DNA of 64,000 nt from a virus, in the IMG/VR virus record IMGVR_UViG_3300013104_000005, positions 4,464 to 68,463 of that record; one strand, 5' to 3'. The notes beneath the pieces are model-generated. The model worked only from the letters and a program-made list of their open reading frames with translations. It was not told the origin of the DNA and searched no databases. The position numbers and the translations under genes are program-made. This document shows, one piece after another, positions 36,644-46,575 of the stretch (positions are counted from its first letter, which is position 1; every line of letters begins with the position of its first letter).

Positions 36644-37112
36644 GCTCGCTGAGACCATCATCGCCTACACCAAGCGTAACACCGTCCTGAGCGGCGCCAA
36701 CGACGGCGTCACCCTGGGCCTGTTGGGCTGGGACACCGAGTTGAACAAGCCGGCTATCTACTATGGCAGCTATAACTCGGCAGAACCCAAGTTCCTCCCA
36801 GCCATCACCTTCTTGCCCTCGGGCGAGACGCCCAACGACCTCATCTCGGATGAGTGGGAAGAGGTCGAAGCTTACGTAGACTTCAGTATCTGGTGCGCGA
36901 GTCGCGAGCCTAACGACGTGACTAACATCGAGCAACAGCTACAGGGGATGTTCCACCGCAAAGAGGTTGCGATGGTGTCAGCGCCAGCGCCGGCTTACAG
37001 TCGCGCCAGGTATGCTCGGAAGGTATCAGCCCCCGTACAATCGAGGTGGGATCCTACTCTCCGACTGTTCTTTGGCCTGTTCCGGTATTGTTTTATCGTG
37101 GCAACAGGATAG
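36633..37112 (+). CDS. tail terminator-like protein
   Basis: PAITF, VDFSIW; precedes the tail tube gene. Confidence 0.55.
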   Translation: MAPKLAETIIAYTKRNTVLSGANDGVTLGLLGWDTELNKPAIYYGSYNSAEPKFLPAITFLPSGETPNDLISDEWEEVEAYVDFSIWCASREPNDVTNIEQQLQGMFHRKEVAMVSAPAPAYSRARYARKVSAPVQSRWDPTLRLFFGLFRYCFIVATG

Positions 37113-37155
37113 TTGTGCGTGACGTTCTTGGGCCTCAGGCCTGGAGGATACTAGT

Positions 37156-37977
37156 TTGATTGATGCAAACCTGAACGTCCCGGCGTCAGACGTCGTGTTC
37201 TCGACGGCGAGACTGTGGGGCAAGCTTCCGGGTTCTGGCGTGTATGACGTGCCGTTTGGCACGATGCACAACTTCCAGATCCAGGCAGCTCACACGCTGA
37301 AGGAACTGATGGACCCCGACTTCCTGACCGCTGTGGCGGTAGGAACCGAGAAGAGTGAGTACTCGGTCTCCATGCAGTACGCCCGGATCCGCAGCCGCAA
37401 CCTGCTGGCCGCCTTAGGCGGTGACCTATCGACCTCAGGCGCAGGCGCAACGCTGCGCACCAACCTGGACATCGGACCGAACTCGGTAGGACCTGTAGCA
37501 TTTGCCGCGCAGATCCTAAGCAGTGCAGCGGCGCAGGCGCCCATCATCGGCACCATCTACGCCCTGCTCTGCAACCAATTCACGCTCGACTTCAAGATGC
37601 GTGACTACGTCATGCCCTCGCTCTCGGCCAAGGCTTACCTGGACTCCGTGACCAACAAGGTCATGACCCTCAGCCTCGCCGGTGATGAGACCACTGATCC
37701 TGGTGCGGTGCCTGCTACACCAGTGATGACCCTCTCGGGTGACGCGACACTACACGCCATCGTGATCTCCTGGCCCGCTGTAGCCGGTGCTACCAGCTAC
37801 AACATCTACCGAGGTACCGGTGCAGGTGGCCCCTTCGTCTACATCGGCAACACCACCGCGGTGAGCGCAGTTGACACCGCAGTGACTACCGGCACGACTT
37901 ATTGGTACGTGATGAGTGCGGTGAGTGGCGCTGGCGAGTCTGTGACCACCGCAGCCGCTAGCTTCGTCGCACCCTAA
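37156..37977 (+). CDS. major tail tube protein with C-terminal FN3 domain
   Basis: ISWPAVAGATSYNIYR..TTYWYVMSAV..GES; synteny. Confidence 0.75.
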   Translation: MIDANLNVPASDVVFSTARLWGKLPGSGVYDVPFGTMHNFQIQAAHTLKELMDPDFLTAVAVGTEKSEYSVSMQYARIRSRNLLAALGGDLSTSGAGATLRTNLDIGPNSVGPVAFAAQILSSAAAQAPIIGTIYALLCNQFTLDFKMRDYVMPSLSAKAYLDSVTNKVMTLSLAGDETTDPGAVPATPVMTLSGDATLHAIVISWPAVAGATSYNIYRGTGAGGPFVYIGNTTAVSAVDTAVTTGTTYWYVMSAVSGAGESVTTAAASFVAP

Positions 37978-38067
37978 GTAGTTAGCACCTGAGCGGGCAG
38001 TCGACCTTGATTGTCCGCTCTTCGGCCTCGGAGGAAGGCCTACACTCACACTCACAGGAGGAATGTT

Positions 38068-38742
38068 TTGGCAGACACGCAGACAGCAACACCGGGCATC
38101 GAGATCGTCAGGCGGCAGGACTCACCTGAGCCGCTGTTTAAGGCAGCACCCGGGTACGACATCGACGACTTCATCGAGAAGCCCCAACCCGCTTTCCTGA
38201 ACGCAGGCAACATGGGTATGTCTCTTGACGCGGCGTTGGGCATGATCCCAATAGACATCGACGGTGAGCCTTACTTTGTAAAGCCGCCCAAGATCAACGC
38301 GATGAAGGAGCTGACCTACTGGCAGGAGAAATACGACGCCATCGCTGACGACGAGCGGCAGACGCCCGAGAACATGGACATGGCCCTCAAGATGGTCGCG
38401 CCCATCCTGCGCAAGCAGGTCGAAGCCTTTGGCCTCACCAAGCGCATTTACGGCAAACTGGTAGACGCTGTGGCGCTCGTCAGGGACCATACGGACGACG
38501 AGGTAGCGGATGCGTTGGCTGAACTGCTGCAGCAGGTCGCGCCCGCGGTCGGCGTCTCTGGTCGTTACCGCAAGGTGACCATAGAGGAGATCGGCGAGCA
38601 CGTCGGCTTTGAGGACATCCCTCGGATCTTCCGCACCGCCTTTCCCCAGACTACACCACTCGGCTTGGCGGAGGATGCTGGCATAGACCCAAAAGCATCG
38701 GCATCTCTCACCCCGGAGACTGGGGACCCATCTACTGCCTAG
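38068..38742 (+). CDS. tail assembly chaperone (G)
   Basis: TTG start with AGGAGG SD; lies between the tail tube and tape measure genes. Confidence 0.7.
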   Translation: MADTQTATPGIEIVRRQDSPEPLFKAAPGYDIDDFIEKPQPAFLNAGNMGMSLDAALGMIPIDIDGEPYFVKPPKINAMKELTYWQEKYDAIADDERQTPENMDMALKMVAPILRKQVEAFGLTKRIYGKLVDAVALVRDHTDDEVADALAELLQQVAPAVGVSGRYRKVTIEEIGEHVGFEDIPRIFRTAFPQTTPLGLAEDAGIDPKASASLTPETGDPSTA

Positions 38743-38888
38743 TACTTGAACGGTTTCATACCCACTTCACGGACTTAACCTACTACGAGCTTAAGGCCAT
38801 CCTGACCTATAACCGGAAGTTACCCGGTGCGTTGGTCACGATGGTCGAGCCTCAAAAAGAACCCACGCGACCTATCTTCGAGGAGTAG
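38688..38888 (+). other. -1 frameshift site CCCAAAA and GT chaperone extension
   Basis: C CCA AAA is in the G reading frame; the -1 frame is open (SIGISHPGDWGPIY...FTDLTYYEL...) to TAG 38888, 3 bp before the tape measure start. Confidence 0.75.
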
Positions 38889-38891
38889 CGA

Positions 38892-41800
38892 GTGAGCGAG
38901 TTTGGCGGGACCAACATCGGTTCTCTCTACGCCGACGTTGACCTTGACACGCGAGGCCTCGAAGCGGGTGCGGTGCGAGCTAACGCCATCTCTACCAAGA
39001 TGGCAAGTGCACTCAACGACCTGTTCCTCCGGCAGGCTGAACGAGCTGCCGAGATCCAGCGGCGTAGTAACCAACAGCTAGAGCTCATCGAGCTGCAGCA
39101 TCAGCGGCGCATCGTGGCCATCCAGGTGGCCGCTGAGAACGAGAAAGCTACGCCTCGGCGTCGCGCTGACGCGCTAGCCGACGTGAGTGTCGAGACGCAG
39201 CGCCTGGTGCAGGCGCTGCGAGCTCAGCACGCCGAAGAGAACCGCTTAGAGAACGAGGCAGCACAGCGACGTCTCATCACCGCTCGTACTACCAACGCGC
39301 AGCTCAACGCCGAGGATTCTAACAGGATCCAGAGCGCTCGGCGGATGCAGCGTGAAGCTGACCGTGCTGAGGCTGCAGACAAGCGCAAGACGGTCGCGGA
39401 GGCCGCAGCGGCTGAGGCGAGGCTCTCTCGCCTACGCACCGAGATACAGGCGAAAGACGCCGCTGAAGCTCGCAAGTTTGACGCAGGCGTCTCTGCGTTG
39501 CACCGTCAGCTCATGGCTAAGGATGCGGCCGATGAGAAACACGCGGTTGACGAGCAGCTCGGCTACTGGAAGCGCTACTACGCAGAGCGAGAGCAGTTAG
39601 CGCGCGAGCAGTCAGCGGCGATGGCGGAGGACGCGCGCCGCACCGCAGCGTCAGAGCGCAGCGTTAGTAACCTCCTCGCTCAGGTCAGGGCTAAAGACGC
39701 AGCGGACCAGCGACAGTTGCTGCGTGACCACTCGTCTGCTATCGCCGAAGACGCCCGCCGCACGGCTGCGGCTAACGCTCGAGTTAGTGCCTTACAGAAG
39801 GAGCTGCGCGCTAAGGACGCTGCCCAGGAGCGGGCAGACCTGGCCGACCAAATCAACTTCGCTCGGCGCCGCAACGCTGAGAACAATAGTCAGCAAAGCA
39901 AGGACCTGGCTGACCAGATCAGCTTCGCCAGTCGGCGCAGCGCTCAGCTGAAGCGGCAGGAGGCAGCTGACCTCGCCGAGCAGATCAGTTTTGCTCGACG
40001 CCGCAACTCTCAGCAGCAAGCGCAGGAGAAGGCAGACCTCGCTGAGCAGATCAGTTTCGCTACGCGCCGTAACGCGCAGATCACCGCGCAGCAACGGCGA
40101 GAGCAGCACGCGATGGAGCGCCTGGGCGGCATGCCCGGGCAGCGGCAAGGCTTGCTTGACATCGCCGGCAATGCGAGCATGGTGGCGGGCGGCGTAGGCT
40201 TGGGCATCTTGGGCGTGGGCGTAGGGGTCGCCGACACCTTCGAGGGCCAACTGAACAAGGTGCGGCAGAACGCAGGCCTCACCAGCGCTGAGGTCGACGA
40301 GCTTCGCCAGCACATCATGCAGCTGGGCCGCGAGGTACCTCTGCCGCTTAGCAAGATCGCCGACGGTTTCAAGTCTATCCACGACCTGGGCTTCAGGGGC
40401 AAGGACGCCTATGACCTGCTAGATCGGTCCGCTAAGCTCGCTGTAGCGTCGCAGGGTGACTTCGGGACCGAGGCCGCTATCGTCGCTCGGGTCATGCAGC
40501 AGTTCCACATGCAAACCAGCGACGTTAACAAGGCGATGGCGGTCATGCAGCAGGGCATCGCTGACGGTCACACGTCATGGGATGACTACGCAAAGTCTAT
40601 GAGCACCGTGATGGGCGTAGCCGGCCAGTTCCGCGTCAACTTCATGGACATGAACGCCATCATCTCTACCCTCACCCAAACGACGGGTAGTGCAGGATTG
40701 GCGCGGACTCAAGCACTCAACTTGCTGATGCGCCTGCAGAACCCTACAGCTAAGACGCGCAAAGAGCTCGACGCGATGCCCGGACAGCTGGGCGTCGACA
40801 TGCGGAAGGACTTCAGCCCAGAGGGGTTGGGCTCGCAGGGCGGGGTACTGAAGGCCTTAAGCGACCTGCACACGGCTCAGCTGCAAGGTCACCCGGTCAC
40901 GCAGTTCATCGCTGGGATGCGCGGTGGCGTGGGCGCGAGTATCTTGGCGGGTGACAACTTCAAGGTGCTGCAAGCCGAGGCTACCAAGCTAGAACAGGTC
41001 TTCAAGACTGGCGTCAACCCTACCCTCGCTAACTACACCATCGAGGCAGGGCGGGCCGCGTCGCAGGGCGTGCTGCTGCAGAACGCGTGGGTGCAGATCG
41101 GCGAGACCATCCGCACAGACCTCCTCCCAGTCATCGTGTCGGTAGCCGGCTACGTGCGCGATGCTGCCGCTGAGTTTTCCAAGATGCCTGAACCGGTGCG
41201 CACCACCATCATCACGCTCGCCGCGCTCACCGGCGTGACCTTGCTGGTAGGAGGTGGCTTCCTTAAGCTCGCCTCTGGCATCATCGAGTTCCGCTCTACC
41301 ATGAAGTTGCTAGCGGAGATCCCCCTGGTAGCTACAGGGCTGGAGAAGCTAGCGGCCGCCAGCACCCTAGTCGGTACAGCTTTTCGCAGCGGCGGCGCCA
41401 TCGCTGGCGTGACTGAGCTAACCACCGTCCTCAAGGGCGGCATCGCTGCAGCTTGCGCTTCAGCGACCTCTGCGCTCAGCGGTGTGGTGACCTTTATGCT
41501 TGGCCCCGTCGGCGTCGCGATAGCCGCGGTTGTCCTCGCGGTGGGTCTGCTAGCGGTCGCTTGGCAGAAAGACTGGGGCCGCATCCAGGAGCGCACTGCC
41601 GACACCATCCAGGCCGTCAAGAGTAACCTGTCTACCACGTGGGACAACATCAAGGGCGACCTGCGTACAGACATCGACTCGATGGGCAACAGCTGGGACG
41701 AGTTCTGGAGTGACCTACAGGGGACAGCAGATAAGAAAGGTAAGATCCTACGGACCACGGTCACAGGTAACTGGTTGAAGATGGCCTATGACCAGAAGGA

Positions 41801-44800
41801 CGCGACCGACCGCATGGGCTACCAGATCCAAGCTTTCTGGGACAACCTCTGCGAGGTCAGCAAGGAGATGGGCACGGTCTTCGTTCAGATCTTTGACGTG
41901 ATCGTTCACGGTATACTGGACACGTTTAGCTTCCTGGGCAGGATGGGTGCTAACCTCATCATCGGCATCAAGGCGTACGCTCAGGGTAACATGAACCCCC
42001 AGTACTTGAATACCGACGTAGGCACTGGCGGAGCCACCGACATCTTCAAGGGGTCGGAAGACGCTATAGCAGCGTTGAGAGCTCCGTTCAAGAACAGGTT
42101 CCAGAGCGGCCTCAGCGAGTATCGGTCAGAGTATGACCGCGCTCACACGCCACAGCCAGTAGATAATACGCCGTCCAACCGCAACATGAACCGCGACCAT
42201 AACGCGCCTACGGTAGAACCTGCGAGCAGCGATAGTGGCGCAGGCAAGGGCGGCAAGGGCGTTGAGGTCGTCGACAACGTAGGTAGCGGTCTCTCTACGG
42301 TAGCGCGGCGCGGCATCACCGACACCGACGTCGTGCTTCGCATCGCTAAGGACCAGATCAAGATAGCGAAGGCCGCGATGGACCTACACACGGATGCTAA
42401 CCTTCGCAAGTATAACGGGTTCTGTCAACAGCTGCAAGAAGCCACGCTCAACGTCGCCGACTCGACAGCTAAGAAGCTCATAGACAGGATCGCCTCGGCC
42501 CACGGGTCGGCTGCTGAGCGGATGCACGCACTGATGGCCCACCGCACAGAGTTGGCCGCTCACGGCATAGATGTAGGTACGGTCGGCGAATTGGGCATCC
42601 AGAAGGGCGACTTCATCTACAGCGACCGCATGGGTTACAATAAGCGAAAGCATCGCTACGACGGCCACGTGATGACTGCAGTTAGCGGCAAGACGTCTGC
42701 TCTCGCCAGCAACGCGCAGCGTGATGCTACCACAGCGGAGAAGGAACAGGATAGGATCGACGGGCTCATCGACGACGCACGCGAGAAGTATTACGAGACC
42801 GTGCAGCAGGGGTGGCAGAACCAACTGCGTGACATCACCAAGAAGCGAGACGAGCTACTCTCGGAGCATAACCCTCAACTCACCCGCCTAGCGCTAGAGT
42901 CCTATAACGCGCAGTACAAGAAGATCATGTCCGAGCATCACAAGGACCTGCTCGCTAAGGCTCAGGAGCGAGAGTCTGACCTCAGCGAGGCACAGCTCGG
43001 CATGCACGAGGCGCAGGCACAGAACTACACAGGCTTTCAACAGGTCACCGCAGACCACCGCACCGCGCTGGGCCGCATCCGCGCTCAGGGCGGTCAGGCC
43101 TTCGCGGCGGCCGCGACCAAGTACGGGCCTCACTCCGATGCGGCCCTCGCCCAGTTGGCCGCCACGCACGCCCAGATTACCGCTGAGAACAATAAGTACG
43201 CCGCGCAGCAGTTGCACGAGCAGGAGCGCCAGAACTCGCAGAGGTACGCTAACTACCAGGAAGACTCGGACACCTACCTACGCTTCTTGCGGCTAAACCA
43301 GCGACACTACATGGAGTGGCAAGCTGAGTACTGGCAGAACCTTCAACTCACGCGCGAGGTAGAGCTGCAGTCTATCCAGACACGGCTGACCTTGCAGCAA
43401 ATTACGCCAGGCGCGGCGTTTACCGCACTCAGTAATACCACCAATGGCCGGCAGGGCGCGGACCTCGAGAAGGGCCTAGACGACGTGAGTACAGGCGCGT
43501 CGGCCATCGTCGAGAACATGCGCCGAGGCATGACAGCCGGTACTACTACCGCCGCTGCGGTCCGTCAACAGCTTGAGCAGATCGTGGCCTTCTTCAGGGA
43601 AGCTGGGCCCCTTGGCGAGACTTACATGACCGAGTGGACCCGGCAACTGCAAGACTTTGACGAGAGCCTCAGCAGTGCTAACGAGAAGTTGAAGGTCATC
43701 GGCGAGGACCAGCGCCTCACCGACCTGGGCAAGCGCTTGGCCGATGCCAAGCACAGCGCAGACCCGAACGACCAGCTCAAGGCCTACGCTGACCTGGAGT
43801 CTTACGCTCGAGATGCGATAGAGACCTCGCGCACCAGCTTTGAAGACCACCTTATCACCACCGCTCAGTATACCGCTGAGCTGCAGAAACTGATGGACAT
43901 CTTCGCCAAGCTGGGTCCGGTCGGGCAGGATGAGGTCGCTAAGATCGTTAAGGTGATGGACGCGCTGGCTAAGTCTACCGCCGAAGGTAACAGGACAGCC
44001 AACAACCTGTTCGCTAGCTTTGGCGTCAACCTGGCTAAGGCCATCGGCGGTCCTGCCGCAGACCTCGCTGAAAAGCTACAGCAGATCAACGCTACCAAGG
44101 CCAACGCACTGGCGCAGCTTGACCAGACATATAACGCCCTGCCGAAGGAACAACGAGATGACCCGAAGGTGCAGGCAGCGGTCGCCACTGCTCGCCGCAA
44201 CATCGGTCAGACCGCTAACGTAGACACGACCAACGCGCGAGACGCCTCGGCCAGGGCGCAGCGTAACATCGTAGATCAGAATGAGGAGTACTATCGGCAG
44301 CAGCAGCTCATCAGCCTGAAGAGTTACGAAGCGTACTACGCCGCTCGCACTGCTGAGGCAGCCAAGGCGTTGGCTGCCGAGCGTAACCTCAACAGCCAGC
44401 ACTACGATGACCTACTCAAGACGTACCGCGACTACGCTGACAAGTACCATAGGATCGTGGAAGAGGTCACGGCCAAGCAGGAGAAACAACTCTCCCCAGT
44501 CACGCGAGACGTGGAGAGTGGCGTGGACGCTGGCTTAGGTCGGCTGCGAGATGGCCTAGCTAAGCAGGGCGTCATAGGCAAGATGCTCGGCGACCTGCTG
44601 CACGACACCATCTACGACAGCTTCAAGACAGGCTTTGAGAAGTCCATCCACGACAGCCTCTTCAAGAAGAACCTGGGAGGCGTGTTGAGCAACCTGGGTG
44701 CACCCGGCGGCAAGAAGGCCGACGCTACAGACCAGGTAGCCAAGCAGATCAGCGACGCTGCTAAGGCCAGCTCGGCTGCAGCAACGAGGCACATGATAGC

Positions 44801-45263
44801 AGCGACCACGCATCAGGTCGCCGCGGTCACCCACAGCGCCGCTGCAGCTACGCATCAGGTAGCTGCGACGACAGGTGTAGCCGCTAGTACAGGCTTAGAA
44901 GGTGCAAGTATACAATTAGACGGCGCCGCTCTCTCTCTAAAGGCTGGTGGACTTGGTGGTGCTGCTGGCGGTGTCGCTGGCGCCACTGGAGGTGTTGGAG
45001 GTGCAGGAGGACTCTTAGGGCTTACTGGGCCTTGGGGTATCGTCGCTGGTGTTGGGTTAGGGTTGTTAGGTGGTTTACTCGGCGGAGGTGGTGGTACGTC
45101 GTCACCGCGTGCGCCTGTGGTTGACCGTCCCACCGGGAATACCACGATCCATCAAGACCTCAGAGGAGCTTTCCTCCCAGACCACCGCTCCATCGAGCAC
45201 CTCGCAGAGATGGTAGGTAGCAAGGTCAGAGAACAGAAGGCCGTGCGGAACAGCACTAAGTAG
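38892..45263 (+). CDS. tape measure protein (2123 aa)
   Basis: IGSLYADVDLDT start, TP901-type core, long Ala-rich helices, embedded CHAP/NlpC-like segment. Confidence 0.93.
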   Translation: MSEFGGTNIGSLYADVDLDTRGLEAGAVRANAISTKMASALNDLFLRQAERAAEIQRRSNQQLELIELQHQRRIVAIQVAAENEKATPRRRADALADVSVETQRLVQALRAQHAEENRLENEAAQRRLITARTTNAQLNAEDSNRIQSARRMQREADRAEAADKRKTVAEAAAAEARLSRLRTEIQAKDAAEARKFDAGVSALHRQLMAKDAADEKHAVDEQLGYWKRYYAEREQLAREQSAAMAEDARRTAASERSVSNLLAQVRAKDAADQRQLLRDHSSAIAEDARRTAAANARVSALQKELRAKDAAQERADLADQINFARRRNAENNSQQSKDLADQISFASRRSAQLKRQEAADLAEQISFARRRNSQQQAQEKADLAEQISFATRRNAQITAQQRREQHAMERLGGMPGQRQGLLDIAGNASMVAGGVGLGILGVGVGVADTFEGQLNKVRQNAGLTSAEVDELRQHIMQLGREVPLPLSKIADGFKSIHDLGFRGKDAYDLLDRSAKLAVASQGDFGTEAAIVARVMQQFHMQTSDVNKAMAVMQQGIADGHTSWDDYAKSMSTVMGVAGQFRVNFMDMNAIISTLTQTTGSAGLARTQALNLLMRLQNPTAKTRKELDAMPGQLGVDMRKDFSPEGLGSQGGVLKALSDLHTAQLQGHPVTQFIAGMRGGVGASILAGDNFKVLQAEATKLEQVFKTGVNPTLANYTIEAGRAASQGVLLQNAWVQIGETIRTDLLPVIVSVAGYVRDAAAEFSKMPEPVRTTIITLAALTGVTLLVGGGFLKLASGIIEFRSTMKLLAEIPLVATGLEKLAAASTLVGTAFRSGGAIAGVTELTTVLKGGIAAACASATSALSGVVTFMLGPVGVAIAAVVLAVGLLAVAWQKDWGRIQERTADTIQAVKSNLSTTWDNIKGDLRTDIDSMGNSWDEFWSDLQGTADKKGKILRTTVTGNWLKMAYDQKDATDRMGYQIQAFWDNLCEVSKEMGTVFVQIFDVIVHGILDTFSFLGRMGANLIIGIKAYAQGNMNPQYLNTDVGTGGATDIFKGSEDAIAALRAPFKNRFQSGLSEYRSEYDRAHTPQPVDNTPSNRNMNRDHNAPTVEPASSDSGAGKGGKGVEVVDNVGSGLSTVARRGITDTDVVLRIAKDQIKIAKAAMDLHTDANLRKYNGFCQQLQEATLNVADSTAKKLIDRIASAHGSAAERMHALMAHRTELAAHGIDVGTVGELGIQKGDFIYSDRMGYNKRKHRYDGHVMTAVSGKTSALASNAQRDATTAEKEQDRIDGLIDDAREKYYETVQQGWQNQLRDITKKRDELLSEHNPQLTRLALESYNAQYKKIMSEHHKDLLAKAQERESDLSEAQLGMHEAQAQNYTGFQQVTADHRTALGRIRAQGGQAFAAAATKYGPHSDAALAQLAATHAQITAENNKYAAQQLHEQERQNSQRYANYQEDSDTYLRFLRLNQRHYMEWQAEYWQNLQLTREVELQSIQTRLTLQQITPGAAFTALSNTTNGRQGADLEKGLDDVSTGASAIVENMRRGMTAGTTTAAAVRQQLEQIVAFFREAGPLGETYMTEWTRQLQDFDESLSSANEKLKVIGEDQRLTDLGKRLADAKHSADPNDQLKAYADLESYARDAIETSRTSFEDHLITTAQYTAELQKLMDIFAKLGPVGQDEVAKIVKVMDALAKSTAEGNRTANNLFASFGVNLAKAIGGPAADLAEKLQQINATKANALAQLDQTYNALPKEQRDDPKVQAAVATARRNIGQTANVDTTNARDASARAQRNIVDQNEEYYRQQQLISLKSYEAYYAARTAEAAKALAAERNLNSQHYDDLLKTYRDYADKYHRIVEEVTAKQEKQLSPVTRDVESGVDAGLGRLRDGLAKQGVIGKMLGDLLHDTIYDSFKTGFEKSIHDSLFKKNLGGVLSNLGAPGGKKADATDQVAKQISDAAKASSAAATRHMIAATTHQVAAVTHSAAAATHQVAATTGVAASTGLEGASIQLDGAALSLKAGGLGGAAGGVAGATGGVGGAGGLLGLTGPWGIVAGVGLGLLGGLLGGGGGTSSPRAPVVDRPTGNTTIHQDLRGAFLPDHRSIEHLAEMVGSKVREQKAVRNSTK

Positions 45264-45270
45264 GAGGCAC

Positions 45271-46077
45271 ATGCAATTCGGTACCTATACATTTCCCCTG
45301 GGCTGGGGCTGCACCGAAGATAACGACGAGCAAGAGGTACCCATGCAACAGACCGCGCGCCGTGACGGTGCGGCCTGGTTGCCTGGGCGCCGTAAGGCTC
45401 GCGTGTGGACGCTCGACGGCGGTTTCGTGCGCGGCTGGGCCGGTACAGCTAACACAGACAACGGCGTGAGGGACCAGATTGACGCCCTGAAAGCGGCTCT
45501 ACTCAGCGGGCCCAGCAACTTTTACATCGACCCAGACCGTTACTTCCGCCTGGTACAACTACAAGCCATCCCTACCAAGGAGGATAAAGCGCATCGCCGA
45601 TACGCTTTCTTTACCTGTAAGGCGGTGGGCCCCGACCCCTTCGCCTACTCGACAACGGTTACCACCACCCCAGAGATCGTGGCAGCTGGGAATACCTACA
45701 ATTACTTGGGCACCTTAGGTAACGCCTACGCGCAGCCTACCTGGTATATCGAAGCGACCGCCGCGCTTAACACGGCCTTCGACTGGACCTTCACCAACAC
45801 AACCACCGGTGAGGTGGTGCACCTCTTCGGCACGTGGCCTGTGGCGGGAGCCGGTTACTTCATCGTCGATAGCTTAAACTTCACGGTGCAGTTTGCGCCC
45901 TCGCTCGGAGGCACCCTCGGACCGGCTGACGCTGATCCTGCCAACATAACTAGCGTCTTTAATTCCTTTGAGGGTCAGTTTCCCCGCCTCAACCCGGGTG
46001 TCAACAACTTTACCTTAGCCCACACCGGCATCGCTCCCGGAGGTGCCTGGGCCGTCTTTGCCGGCAGATATTTCTAA
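45271..46077 (+). CDS. distal tail (Dit)-like protein
   Basis: PDPFAYS, GNAYAQP, FPRLNPGVNNF; follows the tape measure gene. Confidence 0.8.
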   Translation: MQFGTYTFPLGWGCTEDNDEQEVPMQQTARRDGAAWLPGRRKARVWTLDGGFVRGWAGTANTDNGVRDQIDALKAALLSGPSNFYIDPDRYFRLVQLQAIPTKEDKAHRRYAFFTCKAVGPDPFAYSTTVTTTPEIVAAGNTYNYLGTLGNAYAQPTWYIEATAALNTAFDWTFTNTTTGEVVHLFGTWPVAGAGYFIVDSLNFTVQFAPSLGGTLGPADADPANITSVFNSFEGQFPRLNPGVNNFTLAHTGIAPGGAWAVFAGRYF

Positions 46078-46123
46078 TTAAGTTTCTCCCCTATGATCTC
46101 ATCACCTACATCTCAATAGATTG
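46072..46123 (+). repeat. dispersed ~50-bp element, copy D
   Basis: TTCTAATTAAG...TCTCATCACCT...ATAGATTG. Confidence 0.55.
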
Positions 46124-46134
46124 GATAGTGCAGC

Positions 46135-46566
46135 ATGACGGTAGTTCAGAGTATCCAGAAGTTCCTTGCGCAGCAGTTGGGTACCGTGATCTCGGTGCCT
46201 GATACCCAAGACGCTATCGTGCGACTGGTCAGCCACGAGGGCAACACTGCATTGCGAGCACGGTTTGCTGCGGTGGCGCCGGCTGCCAAAGCGCGACTCA
46301 TCCATGACGGCTGGTTCTACCTTCCCAGCAACAGGGCGCCTGAGGGCGAGTTTCACACCGCCATCGCGTCGTGCGCTTACTTCCTGTTTGAGTATACCTT
46401 AGACTTTGAGGGCGATAACCTGGCCGCAGGCGCGCTGCAAGGCTACTGCCTACAGGGACTCTTGGCGCAGGTACCCGCCGTGATGACCCAAGTGAAGGGC
46501 GGCGAAGATGCGCTGCTCACCGCCGTAGGTAATACACTCGCTGACATCCTCTGCCCTGCTGGGTAG
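46135..46566 (+). CDS. hypothetical protein within the tail module
   Basis: 143-aa ORF. Confidence 0.6.
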   Translation: MTVVQSIQKFLAQQLGTVISVPDTQDAIVRLVSHEGNTALRARFAAVAPAAKARLIHDGWFYLPSNRAPEGEFHTAIASCAYFLFEYTLDFEGDNLAAGALQGYCLQGLLAQVPAVMTQVKGGEDALLTAVGNTLADILCPAG

Positions 46567-46575
46567 GAGTAACAC

